Part shown: positions 18,921 through 29,805 of the stretch, in pieces
How positions within the stretch are numbered: the stretch's first letter is position 1
Layout: each line of letters begins with the position of its first letter
Assembly (NCBI GenBank): GCA_963842085.1
Contig: CAWJET010000001.1
Coordinates: 2,336,001-2,400,000, forward strand
Length of the DNA: 64,000 bases
Direction of reading: 5' to 3'
Origin: an uncultured delta proteobacterium
Lineage (GTDB): Bacteria > Desulfobacterota > Binatia > Binatales > Binataceae
The notes under the pieces: generated by a model
Databases searched by the model: none
Seen by the model: the letters and a program-made list of their open reading frames with translations, nothing else
Told to the model about the DNA's origin: nothing
Position numbers and translations under genes: made by a program

Positions 18921-19583
18921 TCAGGTGTTTTCCGGCTCTTCAGCCTTGATGAACTTGAGCGACGCGGAATTCATGCAGTAGCGCAGTCCCGTCGGCCGGG
19001 GACCGTCGTCGAACACGTGGCCGAGATGCGCGTCGCATTTGGCGCACATCACCTCGGTCCGCTTCATGAAAAATGAACGGTCGGTCTTGGTCTCGATGTT
19101 CTCGGGCGCGATCGGCTGATAGAAGCTCGGCCATCCCGTGCCCGATTCGAACTTGGTGTCGGAGCTGAACAGCGCGTTGCCGCAGCAGATGCATCGATAG
19201 AGACCCTTATCGTGATTCTCGGCGTATAAGTTCGAGAACGGGCGCTCGGTGCCCTTTTTGCGCGCGACCTCGTACTGCTCCGGGGTCAGCTCCTTGCGCC
19301 ATTCCGTGTCGGTCTTAACGACTTTATCTACCATGACGAGTCCCTTTCTTTGGCCGGAATCGGTGAACTCAACAATCGATACTTTGACTATACCCGACGT
19401 GCCCGAATCCGGCGAATCGCCGGACGCATCGGCGGTGAGGCCTCTCTCGGCGTAACCGAATGCGATGATCGCGGGTATTGCGGCAATCGCGACGACAAAC
19501 GCACGCCGCCCGATGAGACGCGCGCTCTGACTATTCGAATGACTACTGCCTTCAGCCAATTTTCGATTCGATGTCTTGATCAT
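18921..19583 (-). CDS. msrB: Peptide-methionine (R)-S-oxide reductase with a Tat-like leader
   Basis: [17 protein letters not shown] and [21 protein letters not shown]; GRRAFV twin-arginine-like motif. Confidence 0.95.
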   Translation of the reverse strand: MIKTSNRKLAEGSSHSNSQSARLIGRRAFVVAIAAIPAIIAFGYAERGLTADASGDSPDSGTSGIVKVSIVEFTDSGQRKGLVMVDKVVKTDTEWRKELTPEQYEVARKKGTERPFSNLYAENHDKGLYRCICCGNALFSSDTKFESGTGWPSFYQPIAPENIETKTDRSFFMKRTEVMCAKCDAHLGHVFDDGPRPTGLRYCMNSASLKFIKAEEPENT

Positions 19584-19642
19584 TGCACATTAGAAAACAG
19601 CTTCGAAGGCTGCGCGGTTCCCGATGTGAGCTGACCCGATAT

Positions 19643-20716
19643 CTAGATCTGATACACGAACAGCTTCTGTTCCTTTGGTCTCAGGAACACGTGCGCGCCG
19701 GTTTCCAGATGCAGCGCCTGAAAACGCTCGTGGCTGATCTCGACCTGCACCATGTCGCCCCATTCGGCGACCAGCTCGACCTTCACCTGCGGCCCGGCCG
19801 GGTTGATCGACTTGACGGTCGCGGGAAAGGTCTGCTTGCCGTTGGGCTTCGGCACGATTTCCAGCAGATGCGGCCGCACGTAGAGCACCGCCTTGCCGTT
19901 CTCCGCCGGATGCGCGTGCGCGTGCGTGTTCTCCAGTTCGACGGCGGTATCGCCGATAAACACGCGGCCGTTTTCGATTCGGCCGTGGAACAGGTTCACG
20001 TTGCCCAAAAAGTTGTAGACGAATGCGTTGGCGGGATGATGATAGACTTCCTCGGCCGATCCGATCTGCTCGATATGCCCCTGGTTCATCACGACTATCC
20101 GGTTGGCGAGCTCGAGCGCCTCTTCCTGGTCGTGCGTGACGAACACGCTGGTTATCTTGATCTCGTCGTGCAGTCGCCGCAGCCATCGGCGCAGTTCCTG
20201 GCGCACCTTGGCGTCGAGCGCGCCGAACGGCTCGTCGAGCAGCAGGACTTTCGGCTCGACGGCGAGCGTGCGTGCGAGTGCGACGCGCTGGCGCTGCCCG
20301 CCGGAGAGCTGCGAGGGGTAGCGGTCGGCGAGAAAGTCGAGCTGCACGAGTTTGAGCAGCTTATGCACGCGTCGCTCGATCTCGGACTCCGCAGGACGTT
20401 CGCGCCGCGGCAGCACGCGCATCCCGAAGGCGACATTTTCGAACACCGTCATGTGCCGAAACAGCGCGTAGTGCTGAAATACGAAACCGACCTTGCGCTT
20501 GCGGACGCTGACCTCGCTCGCGTCCTCGCCGTGGAACAGCACCTCGCCGGTGTCCGGCGTCTCCAGGCCGGCGATTATCCTGAGCAGCGTGGTCTTGCCC
20601 GAGCCCGACAGCCCCAGCAGCGCGACCAGCTCGCCGGTTTCGATGTGCAGGTTGATATTGTCAACTGCGACGAAGTCGCCGAACTTCTTGCTGATATTTC
20701 TGAGCTCGATACTCAT
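19643..20716 (-). CDS. cysA: Sulfate ABC transporter ATP-binding subunit
   Basis: [21 protein letters not shown] and [11 protein letters not shown]; operon context. Confidence 0.96.
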   Translation of the reverse strand: MSIELRNISKKFGDFVAVDNINLHIETGELVALLGLSGSGKTTLLRIIAGLETPDTGEVLFHGEDASEVSVRKRKVGFVFQHYALFRHMTVFENVAFGMRVLPRRERPAESEIERRVHKLLKLVQLDFLADRYPSQLSGGQRQRVALARTLAVEPKVLLLDEPFGALDAKVRQELRRWLRRLHDEIKITSVFVTHDQEEALELANRIVVMNQGHIEQIGSAEEVYHHPANAFVYNFLGNVNLFHGRIENGRVFIGDTAVELENTHAHAHPAENGKAVLYVRPHLLEIVPKPNGKQTFPATVKSINPAGPQVKVELVAEWGDMVQVEISHERFQALHLETGAHVFLRPKEQKLFVYQI

Positions 20717-21591
20717 GCTGCAATCTTGGCCATATCATCCTGTTCCTGCTTCACCGGCACCACGCGGCGCTCGAGGAAATACTTGGCGATTAGCGTCGCG
20801 ATAGCGAGCAGGGTAAGCAGCGACGCAACCGCGAACGCGGCCGCGAACTGGTAGTCATTGTACAGAATCTCGACGTACAGCGGCATCGTGTTGGTAAGCC
20901 CGCGGATATGGCCCGACACCACCGAAACGGCGCCGAACTCGCCCATCGCGCGCGAGTTGCACAGCACCATCCCATAAAGCAGGCCCCATTTGACGTTGGG
21001 AATCGTCACGCGGAAAAACATCTGCCAGCCGCCGGCGCCCAGCACGATCGCGGCTTCCTCTTCCTCGCTGCCGACTGCCTGCATGATCGGGATCAGTTCG
21101 CGCGCGGCGAACGGGAAGGTGACGAAGATCGTCGCCAGCACGATTCCCGGCTCGGCAAAGATGATCCGGATGCCGTGATCCGCGAGCCATCCGCCAAGCG
21201 GCGCGTGCACGCCGAGCAGCAGCACGAACAGCATCCCCGCGATGACCGGCGAGACCGAGAACGGGATGTCGATCAGCGTCAGCAAGGTCTGCTTGCCGAG
21301 AAAATCGAAGCGCGCGATCGCCCACGATGCGGCGATTCCGAAAGTGACGTTGAGCGGCACCGCGATCGCGGCGGTCATCAGCGTCAGGCGGATCGCGGCG
21401 AACGCCTCGGGATTCGCGATCGCCGCCAAGTATGCGCCGATTCCCTTCTTCAGCGCCTCGACAAAAACCGCAATCACCGGCAAGAACAGGAACAGCGCGA
21501 GGAACACCAGCGTCGTCGCGATCAACGCGCGCCTGACCCACGGCGGATCGGCGGTCCCCGGCCTCGGTGCGCCTGCAGACTGGCTCGCCAT
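20713..21591 (-). CDS. cysW: Sulfate ABC transporter permease CysW
   Basis: [15 protein letters not shown] and [14 protein letters not shown]. Confidence 0.95.
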   Translation of the reverse strand: MASQSAGAPRPGTADPPWVRRALIATTLVFLALFLFLPVIAVFVEALKKGIGAYLAAIANPEAFAAIRLTLMTAAIAVPLNVTFGIAASWAIARFDFLGKQTLLTLIDIPFSVSPVIAGMLFVLLLGVHAPLGGWLADHGIRIIFAEPGIVLATIFVTFPFAARELIPIMQAVGSEEEEAAIVLGAGGWQMFFRVTIPNVKWGLLYGMVLCNSRAMGEFGAVSVVSGHIRGLTNTMPLYVEILYNDYQFAAAFAVASLLTLLAIATLIAKYFLERRVVPVKQEQDDMAKIAA

Positions 21592-21599
21592 CGTCAGCC

Positions 21600-22433
21600 T
21601 CAAGCCATCAGCCGGCGGCTGCTCCACCTTTGCAGCACGTTAATCCCAAGCAGAATCACGAACGACGCCGTCAGCATCACCACCGCGATCGCGGTCGCGC
21701 CGGCGTAATCGAACTGCTCGAGCTTGCTCATGATCAACAGCGGCACCACCTCGGTATGCATCGGCATGTTGCCCGAGATAAAAACCACCGAGCCGTACTC
21801 GCCGAGTGCGCGCGCGAACGCGAGTGCGAATCCGGTCAGCAGCGCGGGAATCAGCGCGGGCGCGATCACCAAAATGAACGTCTGCAGCCGGCTCGCGCCG
21901 AGTGTCGCCGCCGCCTCCTCGTATTCCTCGTCGAGATCTTCGAGCACGGGCTGGATCGTGCGAACCACGAATGGCAGCCCGACGAAAGTAAGCGCGACCA
22001 CCACGCCCAGCGGAGCGTACGCGACCTTTATTCCAAGCGGCGCGACCAGCAGTCCAATCCATCCGTTGCTCGCGTAAATCGCGGTGAGCGTGATTCCGGC
22101 GACCGCGGTCGGCAGCGCGAACGGCAGATCGACCATCACGTCGATCAGCGTCTTGCCGGGAAATTCGTAACGAACCAGGCTCCACGCCACGATAAACCCG
22201 AACACCGAGTTGAGCGCGGCCCCAGCAATCGAGGCGCCGAAGCTCAGCTTGTAGGCCGCGATCGTGCGCGGGTTCGCGACCGCCGCCCAGAACTGGGCCC
22301 AGGTCAGCGTGAAAGTCTTGAAAAAGATCGTCGAGATCGGAATCAGCACGACGATTCCGAGGTAGGCGAGCGTGAAGCCGAGCGTCAGGCCGAATCCCGG
22401 CAGCACGTTGGTCCTTCTCGTTTTCGCCGCCAT
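21600..22433 (-). CDS. cysT: Sulfate ABC transporter permease CysT
   Basis: VLPGFGL, DLPFALPTAVAG and ARALGEYGSV. Confidence 0.95.
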   Translation of the reverse strand: MAAKTRRTNVLPGFGLTLGFTLAYLGIVVLIPISTIFFKTFTLTWAQFWAAVANPRTIAAYKLSFGASIAGAALNSVFGFIVAWSLVRYEFPGKTLIDVMVDLPFALPTAVAGITLTAIYASNGWIGLLVAPLGIKVAYAPLGVVVALTFVGLPFVVRTIQPVLEDLDEEYEEAAATLGASRLQTFILVIAPALIPALLTGFALAFARALGEYGSVVFISGNMPMHTEVVPLLIMSKLEQFDYAGATAIAVVMLTASFVILLGINVLQRWSSRRLMA

Positions 22434-22456
22434 CGTGATCTTCTTACCCCGCTCCT

Positions 22457-23485
22457 TTAACTTCCCGGCTGATAGATCTTGTCGAAGACGCCGCCGTCGC
22501 CGAAAAACTTCGGCTGCGCAGTTTTCCATCCGCCGAAATCCTTGTCGATCGTGAACAGCGACAGGCTCGGGAACTGGCTTGCATACTTCGCCGCGACTGC
22601 CGGGTTGCGCGGCCGGTAAAAGTTCTGCGCGATAATTTCCTGCGCCTCGGGCGTGTACAGAAATTCCAGGTACGCCTTCGAGATCGCTGCCGTGCCGTGA
22701 AGGCGGTCGATCTTGTCCACCCACGCGACCGGCGGTTCCGCCAGGATGCTTATCGACGGATACACGATCTCGAACTTGTCGGCGCCAAACTGCTTGATCG
22801 CCATCCGCGCCTCGTTTTCCCATGCGATCAGCACGTCGCCGATGCCGCGCTCGACAAACGTAGTGGTCGAGCCGCGCGCACCGGAGTCGAGCACCGGCAC
22901 GTTTTTGTAAAGCGCGCTGACGAACGCCGCCGCCTTGGCCTCGTCGCCGCCGTTTTTCTTCAGCGCGTAGCCCCACGCCGCCAGGAAATTCCAGCGCGCG
23001 CCGCCGGAGGTCTTTGGATTCGGCGTGATCACCGAGATGCCGGGCTTCACCAGGTCATCCCAATCGTGGATATGCTTCGGATTCCCCTTGCGCACCAACA
23101 GCACGATAGTCGAGGTGTAGGGGCAACTGTTGTCGGGCAGGCGCGATTGCCAGTTCACCGGCAGCACGTGCGCCCTGGCGGCAATCGCATCGATGTCGCC
23201 GGCCAGCCCGAGCGTCACCACGTCGGCCTCGAGGCCGTCGATAACAGCGCGCGCCTGCTTGCCCGAGCCGCCGTGCGATTGGTTGATGGTGACATCGTCA
23301 CCGGTCTTCGCTTTCCAGTCCTTCGCGAACCGGGCGTTGATCGATTCGTACAGCTCGCGAGTCGGGTCGTACGATACGTTAAGGAGTGTGATCTGGGCTG
23401 CGCGCGCCGCGCCCACGCCGAGAGCAACGCTCGCCGCAACGACGATGAAGGCGAGCGCATGTGCCAGTTTCAATCTGCCAGACAT
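22457..23485 (-). CDS. sbp: Sulfate-binding periplasmic protein
   Basis: [22 protein letters not shown] and [12 protein letters not shown]. Confidence 0.96.
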   Translation of the reverse strand: MSGRLKLAHALAFIVVAASVALGVGAARAAQITLLNVSYDPTRELYESINARFAKDWKAKTGDDVTINQSHGGSGKQARAVIDGLEADVVTLGLAGDIDAIAARAHVLPVNWQSRLPDNSCPYTSTIVLLVRKGNPKHIHDWDDLVKPGISVITPNPKTSGGARWNFLAAWGYALKKNGGDEAKAAAFVSALYKNVPVLDSGARGSTTTFVERGIGDVLIAWENEARMAIKQFGADKFEIVYPSISILAEPPVAWVDKIDRLHGTAAISKAYLEFLYTPEAQEIIAQNFYRPRNPAVAAKYASQFPSLSLFTIDKDFGGWKTAQPKFFGDGGVFDKIYQPGS

Positions 23486-23502
23486 TCCTGGTCCCGCTTT
23501 CC

Positions 23503-24972
23503 TCAGAACGAGATTTGAAGTTGCGACTCGAAGACGCTTTCGTTTGGCCGGTCCTTCACGTCGGTGGTCGTGCCGGCGCCACCGTTGAAGTAGGTGTTCG
23601 CGTAGTCGAACTGCCACTTGATGTTGCTGCTCAGGTACCAATTGAGGCCTGCCGCGAACTCGGTCGCAGTTTTCGCTGACACGTTGGGAGCAGCGAAGCC
23701 GAGCTGGAACTGGCGGCTTTGCGCGGCGAGGTTGCTGATTCTGCCCGCTACCTCCCATGCGCCCCACCATCCGTTGCGCGGATCGAATGGATGATACGGC
23801 TTAACCCAGCCGTAGGACGCCTCTTCCCCAGTCAGCAGGTAGGAAGCCTGCGCGAAATAGCCGGTATCCGTGAAGGTGTCGGTGCGGTTGATCTGCCTTA
23901 CGAATGGAGCCTTCCCGTAACTGGTGAACAGGTTCAGCGAATGCTCGTCCTGCGCGTATTCGGCCATCAAGCCCAGGCCACGCCAGTAGTAGTAGGCTTG
24001 CGGCTCAAGGCGCGCGCGCAAGCCCGAGGCCGTCACGCCCTTGTTGTAGGAGAACCAGGTACTCATGCCGTAGGTCTTGTAGACCGAGGTCGTGCTGCCG
24101 CGTTCATCGCCGTATGAGCCGGCGAAGCCGAAGCCCAGCCCCTTGAGCCATTCGCTTTCGCCGAGTTCGAACGGCGTCGTGAAGATGCGGCCGACGAAGT
24201 CCTTGCCGTCGTTGTTGTCTAGGTCTGTCGTATCTGATGCGGTGTTGTTCGGCACTCCATTCATCAGCGCGGCGTCATAGAAAAGGCGGCCGTCCAAAAG
24301 CCTGCCATGCAGACTGAAGCCAGTGTCGCGGTTCGGCACCAGATTCTGGATCTCCGAACGTTCGCTGAATTCGAGGTCGCGGTCCGACTGCAGGCGCTCG
24401 AGATCGAGCGGCGCTTTGAACTTCCCGGTCCTGAGGCTGGCAAGATCGAAATAGGTGATATTCAGGTAGGCGTCCTGCAGGGTGACTTTGCCCTGACCAA
24501 AGTCGGGCGTGATGTTGAAGTTGTAGTACTTGCCGACCGAGCCGGTCAGGATCGGCCGCACGCGGTTCAGGTAGAAGGTGCTGCCGACGTTCTTGTCCGC
24601 GCCGCTGGCGAAGAAGCGGCCGTCGCCCTGGATGATCCCGCCGAAGCCGATATTGTAATCGTGGTTGGGCGAAGACAGGGAGAATCCCTCGTCGCCCACT
24701 TTGACAATCGGCATCGCGAGCGACTTCTGATGTTCGGTCGCTTCCTGATCTTCGAGTTTGCGGTCGATCACTTTCACCTTTTGATTAAGCCCCTCCAGCG
24801 TGTCGACCCGCTGCTCGAGCTGCTTGACCTCTGTCTTCAGCAATTCGATTTCCTGATCTTTCGGATCGGTGGACAGCTTTGACTGCGCATGCGCCGGCCC
24901 GGCAGGAACAAACACCCCGGTGATTGCCGCCACCAGCAGAACCGGCAGGATCGGCAAAGTGCATTTTCTCAT
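23503..24972 (-). CDS. OprO/OprP-type anion-selective porin
   Basis: Signal peptide, N-terminal coiled coil, GKFKAP, PNRDTG and C-terminal Phe; lies in the sulfate operon. Confidence 0.85.
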   Translation of the reverse strand: MRKCTLPILPVLLVAAITGVFVPAGPAHAQSKLSTDPKDQEIELLKTEVKQLEQRVDTLEGLNQKVKVIDRKLEDQEATEHQKSLAMPIVKVGDEGFSLSSPNHDYNIGFGGIIQGDGRFFASGADKNVGSTFYLNRVRPILTGSVGKYYNFNITPDFGQGKVTLQDAYLNITYFDLASLRTGKFKAPLDLERLQSDRDLEFSERSEIQNLVPNRDTGFSLHGRLLDGRLFYDAALMNGVPNNTASDTTDLDNNDGKDFVGRIFTTPFELGESEWLKGLGFGFAGSYGDERGSTTSVYKTYGMSTWFSYNKGVTASGLRARLEPQAYYYWRGLGLMAEYAQDEHSLNLFTSYGKAPFVRQINRTDTFTDTGYFAQASYLLTGEEASYGWVKPYHPFDPRNGWWGAWEVAGRISNLAAQSRQFQLGFAAPNVSAKTATEFAAGLNWYLSSNIKWQFDYANTYFNGGAGTTTDVKDRPNESVFESQLQISF

Positions 24973-25123
24973 CTCGGAAGCCCCTCATCGTATTGGGAAC
25001 TTCCGGATGTCCGGTCGGCTCGCAGTTAATGATTGACGGCTCTTTCATGTCGCGCCGGATCCTTCCCCGGTCCGGGCCCTCATAGCTCTTTTGTGGTCGG
25101 AGACAATTCATTCGGCGTCCGAG

Positions 25124-25321
25124 TTAGCCACGCCCGGTCTTGTCGAAGCGAAACTTCTCTTTGCGCTCGATTTGCACGACTCGCGAATCCTGGATCACGA
25201 TCTCGACCGAGCCAAAGCGCACGCCTCTGATCGCGTTGGCGATGCGCCGCAAGATGTGGTCGCCCGAGTCGGTCTCGGGTTGGACATCGCACTGACTGGT
25301 CGGAATCGTATGTGGTTTCAT
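25124..25321 (-). CDS. YezD / DUF2292 family small protein
   Basis: IRGVRFGSVEIVIQDSRVVQIERKEKFR signature. Confidence 0.88.
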   Translation of the reverse strand: MKPHTIPTSQCDVQPETDSGDHILRRIANAIRGVRFGSVEIVIQDSRVVQIERKEKFRFDKTGRG

Positions 25322-25350
25322 AATCTATCCTATTAGATGACTAGACTAAT
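25321..25350. promoter_or_regulatory. Candidate Rrf2 operator upstream of the yezD-porin-cys operon
   Basis: TAATCTA-N14-TAGACTA imperfect palindrome; 21/30 identity to 25845-25874. Confidence 0.55.
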
Positions 25351-25376
25351 GTTCCAAAAAAAGAGCAAATCTTCCT

Positions 25377-25835
25377 TCAGATCGCGAAACTCAACGATTC
25401 GTTGCCGGTAACCACTGCCTCGACGCGCTTGAGCATGTCCGCCAGCGATGTCGAATCCATTATCTTCGCGGTCGCGTCGCGGACTTCCTTCATCACGATC
25501 CTGATTCCGCAACTGCGTTCGTCGCGGCACTCGCGGCATCGCATGTACGCGGTCTTGCTGACGCACGGCAACGGCGCGATTGGCCCGTCCAGCACGCGTA
25601 TTATGTGACCGACGCTGATCAGATGAGGCTCGCGTCCAAGGAAGTATCCGCCGCCTTTTCCTTTCTTGCTTTGCAGCAGCCCCTGGTTCTTGAGTTCGAG
25701 TAGGATCAATTCCAGGAACTTGCGCGGGATACCTTCGCGCTGCGCCATATCAGATATGAGCACGGGTCCCTGGCCGTATTCCTTGGCCAGGACCATCATC
25801 GCCTTCAGGGCGTATTTGGATTTCTGCGAAAGCAT
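25377..25835 (-). CDS. Rrf2 family transcriptional regulator (Cys-rich; IscR/CymR-like)
   Basis: KYAL, FLELIL, SKKGKGGGY and LDGP followed by C..C..C..C. Confidence 0.94.
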   Translation of the reverse strand: MLSQKSKYALKAMMVLAKEYGQGPVLISDMAQREGIPRKFLELILLELKNQGLLQSKKGKGGGYFLGREPHLISVGHIIRVLDGPIAPLPCVSKTAYMRCRECRDERSCGIRIVMKEVRDATAKIMDSTSLADMLKRVEAVVTGNESLSFAI

Positions 25836-25844
25836 CGTTGGCTA

Positions 25845-25874
25845 TAATTTAGCCGATAGGCGAACTAGACTAAA
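25845..25874. promoter_or_regulatory. Candidate autoregulatory Rrf2 operator
   Basis: TAATTTA-N14-TAGACTA; same motif as 25321-25350. Confidence 0.5.
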
Positions 25875-25923
25875 GCCGTAAGCAGAGTCAGTCAAGAGCC
25901 GCGAAGCGCCGCGAAGACCGGGA

Positions 25924-26766
25924 TCAGCGCGACTTCGCCTTCAACTCGGCGTACTTATCCAGCAACGGCAACACGGTCTCTCTCGTCGCAGGCGGTAGCG
26001 CGAAGATCAACCGGTCGAGGCCGAGGTCGAGGAACTTTTTGACGTGTTCGGGGTTCTGACCGACGCCGAACATCGAGACTGGAAGTTTGCCGCGGCCAGC
26101 TCTCACCCCCGCTTCGGCCAGCGCTTTCAAGCCGGCGGCGAGATCGTACCGCGGAAAATTGATCGGCATCCATCCGTCGCAATACTCCGCGACGCGATCG
26201 AACGTCCTGGGCGATTGCGAACCCAGGAGAATCGGCGGTCCTCCCGCCTGCACCGGCTTGGGAAACGACCAGATCGGATCGAAGTTCACGAACTCACCAT
26301 GAAACTCGGCCGCCTCCCTGGTCCATATCTGGCGGATCGCGAGAATTTTTTCCTTGACGATTTTCCAGCGCCGCTTGAACACCGCACCATGATTCTGCAT
26401 CTCCTCGACGTTCCAGCCGGCGCCGATGCCGAAAATCACGTGGCCGCCCGAAATCATGTCGAGCGACGCGACTTCCTTGGCGAGCGTGATCGGATCGCGT
26501 TCGATCACCAGGCACACTCCTGTGGCGAGTTTGATCTTCTTGGTTACTGCCGCCGCCGCGCCGAGCGCGACGAACGGATCGTGCGTGTGCCAGTACTCCT
26601 TGGGCAACTCGGCGCCGCCGGGCCAGGGCGTTTTGCGCGACGCGGGGATGTGCGTGTGCTCGGGAAAGAACATCGACTCGAAGCCGCGTTCTTCAGCCGC
26701 GAGCGCAAGCTCGATCGGCTGGATTGCGTAATCGGTCGGGAACATCGAGATTCCGAATTCGGCCAT
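25924..26766 (-). CDS. LLM-class F420-dependent oxidoreductase (Rv2161c-like)
   Basis: FFPEHTHIP, DPFVAL, LAKEVASLD, GIGAGW and PKPVQ. Confidence 0.92.
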   Translation of the reverse strand: MAEFGISMFPTDYAIQPIELALAAEERGFESMFFPEHTHIPASRKTPWPGGAELPKEYWHTHDPFVALGAAAAVTKKIKLATGVCLVIERDPITLAKEVASLDMISGGHVIFGIGAGWNVEEMQNHGAVFKRRWKIVKEKILAIRQIWTREAAEFHGEFVNFDPIWSFPKPVQAGGPPILLGSQSPRTFDRVAEYCDGWMPINFPRYDLAAGLKALAEAGVRAGRGKLPVSMFGVGQNPEHVKKFLDLGLDRLIFALPPATRETVLPLLDKYAELKAKSR

Positions 26767-26860
26767 GGCGATTCCTCCTGGATCAAACGGGCGCGGGCGA
26801 CACGTCGTCTGCGCGCTGCACGAGTTTCATAGCACAACTGATTGGGGAAGCGTCTGCGCG

Positions 26861-28852
26861 CTAGTTCTGATGCGGCGATGAGCCGATCACACGGAGCTTT
26901 GCGGTCGAGCCGGGCATTCGATCGCCTTTCATCGGCTCGTAGCGTCCGCCGAGGTTGTCGGCGAGGAATTTTTCCATTCGCGCGGTGAAGTCGAGCCGGT
27001 TTTCGGGCCGCGCGAAGCCGTGGCCTTCGTCGGTGTATAAAACGTAAACGGCGCTCCCGCGATGCTTCTCGATTGCCTTGACGATCTGCTCCGCCTCGGT
27101 CTGCTTGACGCGCGGATCGTTGGCGCCCTGGCCTATCAGCATTGGGATTTTTATTTTGTCGGCGGAGAAGAGCGGCGACGCCGCGGTCAGCAGCTCCTTG
27201 TCTCTGGGATCGGCGGGATTTCCAACCCTGGTGAAAAAGACCGAGCGTATGACCTCCCAGTACGGTGGAAACGACGCCAGCAGCGTGAACAGGTTCGACG
27301 GGCCGCATTCGTCGACCGCGCATCGAAACAGGTCGGGCGTGAATGCCGCGCCGGCGAGCGCGGCGTAGCCGCCATACGAGCCGCCGAAGATCGCGACGCG
27401 CTTCGGATCGATGATACCCTGGTCGACAGCCCATTTGACGCCGTCGGTCAGGTCGCTTTGCATGGTGAGTCCCCACTCGCGGTCGCCGGCATGCAGATAC
27501 TTTTTGCCGAATCCGGTCGAGCCGCGAAAGTTTATCTGCAGCACGGCGTAGCCGCGGTTCGCCAGCAGTTGGCTATATGGAGCGAAGCCCCAATTGTCGC
27601 GCGCCCACGGTCCGCCATGCACCGCGAGCACCAGCGGCAAATTTTTCGCGGGCGCTCCGGCCGGCAGCGTGAGGTAGCCGTTGAGCTTCATTCCGTCGCG
27701 GGCGGTAAATTCAATCGGCTTCATCGGTACGAGCGGGGCGTCGTCGAGCTTGGGCTGAACACTGAAAAGGAAGGTCGCTTTTTTGGCGGCGCGGTCCCAC
27801 GAATAGTAACGCACCGGCGCGCGATCGCTCGAGAACGAGACCAGCCACGTCCTGTCGGCGAGGTCGCGGTCCGCGACGGAGAAATCGCCGTCGGTGATTT
27901 TCGCGATCGCGTCGAAATCGGCCTGAATTGAAGGATCGACGACCGTCCAATGCATCCGGCCGGGGTCGAACGCGGCTGCCTGCACGACGTGGCGCGTAGG
28001 ATGAATCATCACGTCGCTCAAGTCGGCCTTGTCGCTGTGCGCGATGTCGGTTTCCTTCCCTGACGCGAGGTCGTGGCGCACCAGCCGGGCGGTGTCCGTG
28101 CCGATCGAAGTGCTGAGCAGGAGCGATTGCCCGTCCTTGGTGAAGTCCAGCGCCGCCAGGTTGTCTTCCATCGAGGCTTTCATCAACGTGCGCCACACGC
28201 CCGACGCGCTGTCGCGAATCCTTATCTCTGTGCCACCGTCCGGCGTCGTAATCGAGGCCGCGCGCACGGCCAGGTCGTCGTCGGCCAGCCATCCCGCGAC
28301 GTCGCCGGGATTTTTCGTATCGAGTTCGACGGCGCCCGTACGGAGGTCGATTCGATAGACGTCCATCAACTTGCGATCGCGCAGATTCAGCGCGACCAGT
28401 ACCCGCTCGGGAAATTTCGGATTGGCGGCGATGAACTCGGCGCGCACACCTTGCCACGGCGTCAGGTCGCGGACGTTGTGCGAGTCGAGATCGACGGCGA
28501 ACAGGTGGAAGTTTTCGTCGCCGGCGGCGTCCTGCGCGTAGAGGATCGTTTTCGAATCGAACCCCCATCCGTAAGTCCGGATTCCGCGACTCTGGTCCGC
28601 GGTGACGACGCGCGCGTCGTGACCCCCAATTATCTGCACCCACACCTGCAGGACGCCGTGTTCGTCAGGCGCCAGCCATGCGAGCCGCTTGCCGTCCGGC
28701 GCGATATGCGGATTGGCTCGCTCAGGATTCCCGAGCAGCGTGTCGCGCGGAATCAGCGGCGGCAATTGAGCGGAGCCGGGTGGCGCCGAAATTGTCGAAG
28801 TCATAGTGAAAACCGCGACCGTCAGCCAGAACTTACGCGAGAATCCGAACAT
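26861..28852 (-). CDS. S9 family peptidase (acylaminoacyl/dipeptidyl peptidase), exported
   Basis: HGGPW, NFRGSTGFG, GGSYGGY, GANDPRV and DEGHG; signal peptide. Confidence 0.95.
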   Translation of the reverse strand: MFGFSRKFWLTVAVFTMTSTISAPPGSAQLPPLIPRDTLLGNPERANPHIAPDGKRLAWLAPDEHGVLQVWVQIIGGHDARVVTADQSRGIRTYGWGFDSKTILYAQDAAGDENFHLFAVDLDSHNVRDLTPWQGVRAEFIAANPKFPERVLVALNLRDRKLMDVYRIDLRTGAVELDTKNPGDVAGWLADDDLAVRAASITTPDGGTEIRIRDSASGVWRTLMKASMEDNLAALDFTKDGQSLLLSTSIGTDTARLVRHDLASGKETDIAHSDKADLSDVMIHPTRHVVQAAAFDPGRMHWTVVDPSIQADFDAIAKITDGDFSVADRDLADRTWLVSFSSDRAPVRYYSWDRAAKKATFLFSVQPKLDDAPLVPMKPIEFTARDGMKLNGYLTLPAGAPAKNLPLVLAVHGGPWARDNWGFAPYSQLLANRGYAVLQINFRGSTGFGKKYLHAGDREWGLTMQSDLTDGVKWAVDQGIIDPKRVAIFGGSYGGYAALAGAAFTPDLFRCAVDECGPSNLFTLLASFPPYWEVIRSVFFTRVGNPADPRDKELLTAASPLFSADKIKIPMLIGQGANDPRVKQTEAEQIVKAIEKHRGSAVYVLYTDEGHGFARPENRLDFTARMEKFLADNLGGRYEPMKGDRMPGSTAKLRVIGSSPHQN

Positions 28853-28896
28853 CGATCGCAATGATGACAGAAAAAATAGCGAAGTGAAGGATGCGG

Positions 28897-29496
28897 TCAG
28901 CCCTTGTGCTTCTTGAGTTTGAACGGATGCTTCTGACCCTGATACACATCCGTTTCGCGAGCTCCGTAGCCTAGATTTTTCGTGAGTGTCTTGTCGAGTT
29001 TCAGAAATGATAACTGACAAGGACGGTCGATTAGGGGAGTCAGATCGATTTGGAGCGGTCCGCTATTTATGATCTCCAAGACGATAGGACCATTCCAGCC
29101 GGGCTGAATCCATGGCGCTGTCTGATGCATGCTGAGGCCGACACGCGCGTAAGTCGTACGACCTTCAACCAGTCCAATCAGATCCAACGGTATGCTTACA
29201 CTCTCGTAGGTCATTCCCAGAACGAGTTGCTGGGGTTCGAGGAGAAATGAGTTGCGCTGACCCATTTCATTTGTTTCTTTCAGAGTGATCGTTTTCCAGA
29301 AACCTAGTCGCCCGAGTTCACCCAACCCTCGCGCAACGGACACTCTGACGTCCTTCAGGGGCTGAAGGACCGTAAAGGTAAACCCAAGACGAAGGTCTAC
29401 CGATGCTTCGCCCCACTGATCTTCTTCGAGCGGTGGATCAAACTTAATCCGTTTGGCGACGACAGCCTTGCGTAGAGCAGGTTGAGATTGAACCAT
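28897..29496 (-). CDS. dCTP deaminase-family (trimeric dUTPase fold) protein with divergent motifs
   Basis: ASVDLRLG, EGRTTYARVGL, APWIQPGW, LEIIN, CQL and YQGQ. Confidence 0.88.
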   Translation of the reverse strand: MVQSQPALRKAVVAKRIKFDPPLEEDQWGEASVDLRLGFTFTVLQPLKDVRVSVARGLGELGRLGFWKTITLKETNEMGQRNSFLLEPQQLVLGMTYESVSIPLDLIGLVEGRTTYARVGLSMHQTAPWIQPGWNGPIVLEIINSGPLQIDLTPLIDRPCQLSFLKLDKTLTKNLGYGARETDVYQGQKHPFKLKKHKG

Positions 29497-29517
29497 GAGG
29501 ATCGAATAACTCGAAAC

Positions 29518-29805
29518 TTACGCATGCTCCATGTTGGAATCGGCCCAAGGGCGCGGCAGCGATGCCACACCACGGGCGCTCGTGAAAAATGACCCTGGTA
29601 ACTGTATCTCGACTACTGCACCATCAGCTTTGACGACTCTGCCGAGAACAAATGCCTCGTCTCCACGCCTCTCGACCGCGTTTTGTTTGACAAAACCCGA
29701 AACGACGCCGGTATCTGTACTTATCGTAATCGCCACGTCATCAAGAGGACCGGGCTGCGCTTCGCATTTAATTCTGACTATATCGCCTGCTTTGAATGTC
29801 ATCAT
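29518..29805 (-). CDS. Hypothetical beta-rich protein upstream of the dCTP deaminase
   Basis: GGGAG SD; 95-aa ORF containing GVVSGFV and GSFFT; 21 bp from the next gene. Confidence 0.75.
   Translation of the reverse strand: MMTFKAGDIVRIKCEAQPGPLDDVAITISTDTGVVSGFVKQNAVERRGDEAFVLGRVVKADGAVVEIQLPGSFFTSARGVASLPRPWADSNMEHA

Noticed and set aside
29497-29520. Stop-codon read-through fusing the small ORF to the dCTP deaminase
   Set aside because: The genes are in frame, but TAA is rarely read through and the deaminase has its own ATG at the expected family start; a shared frame has a 1-in-3 chance
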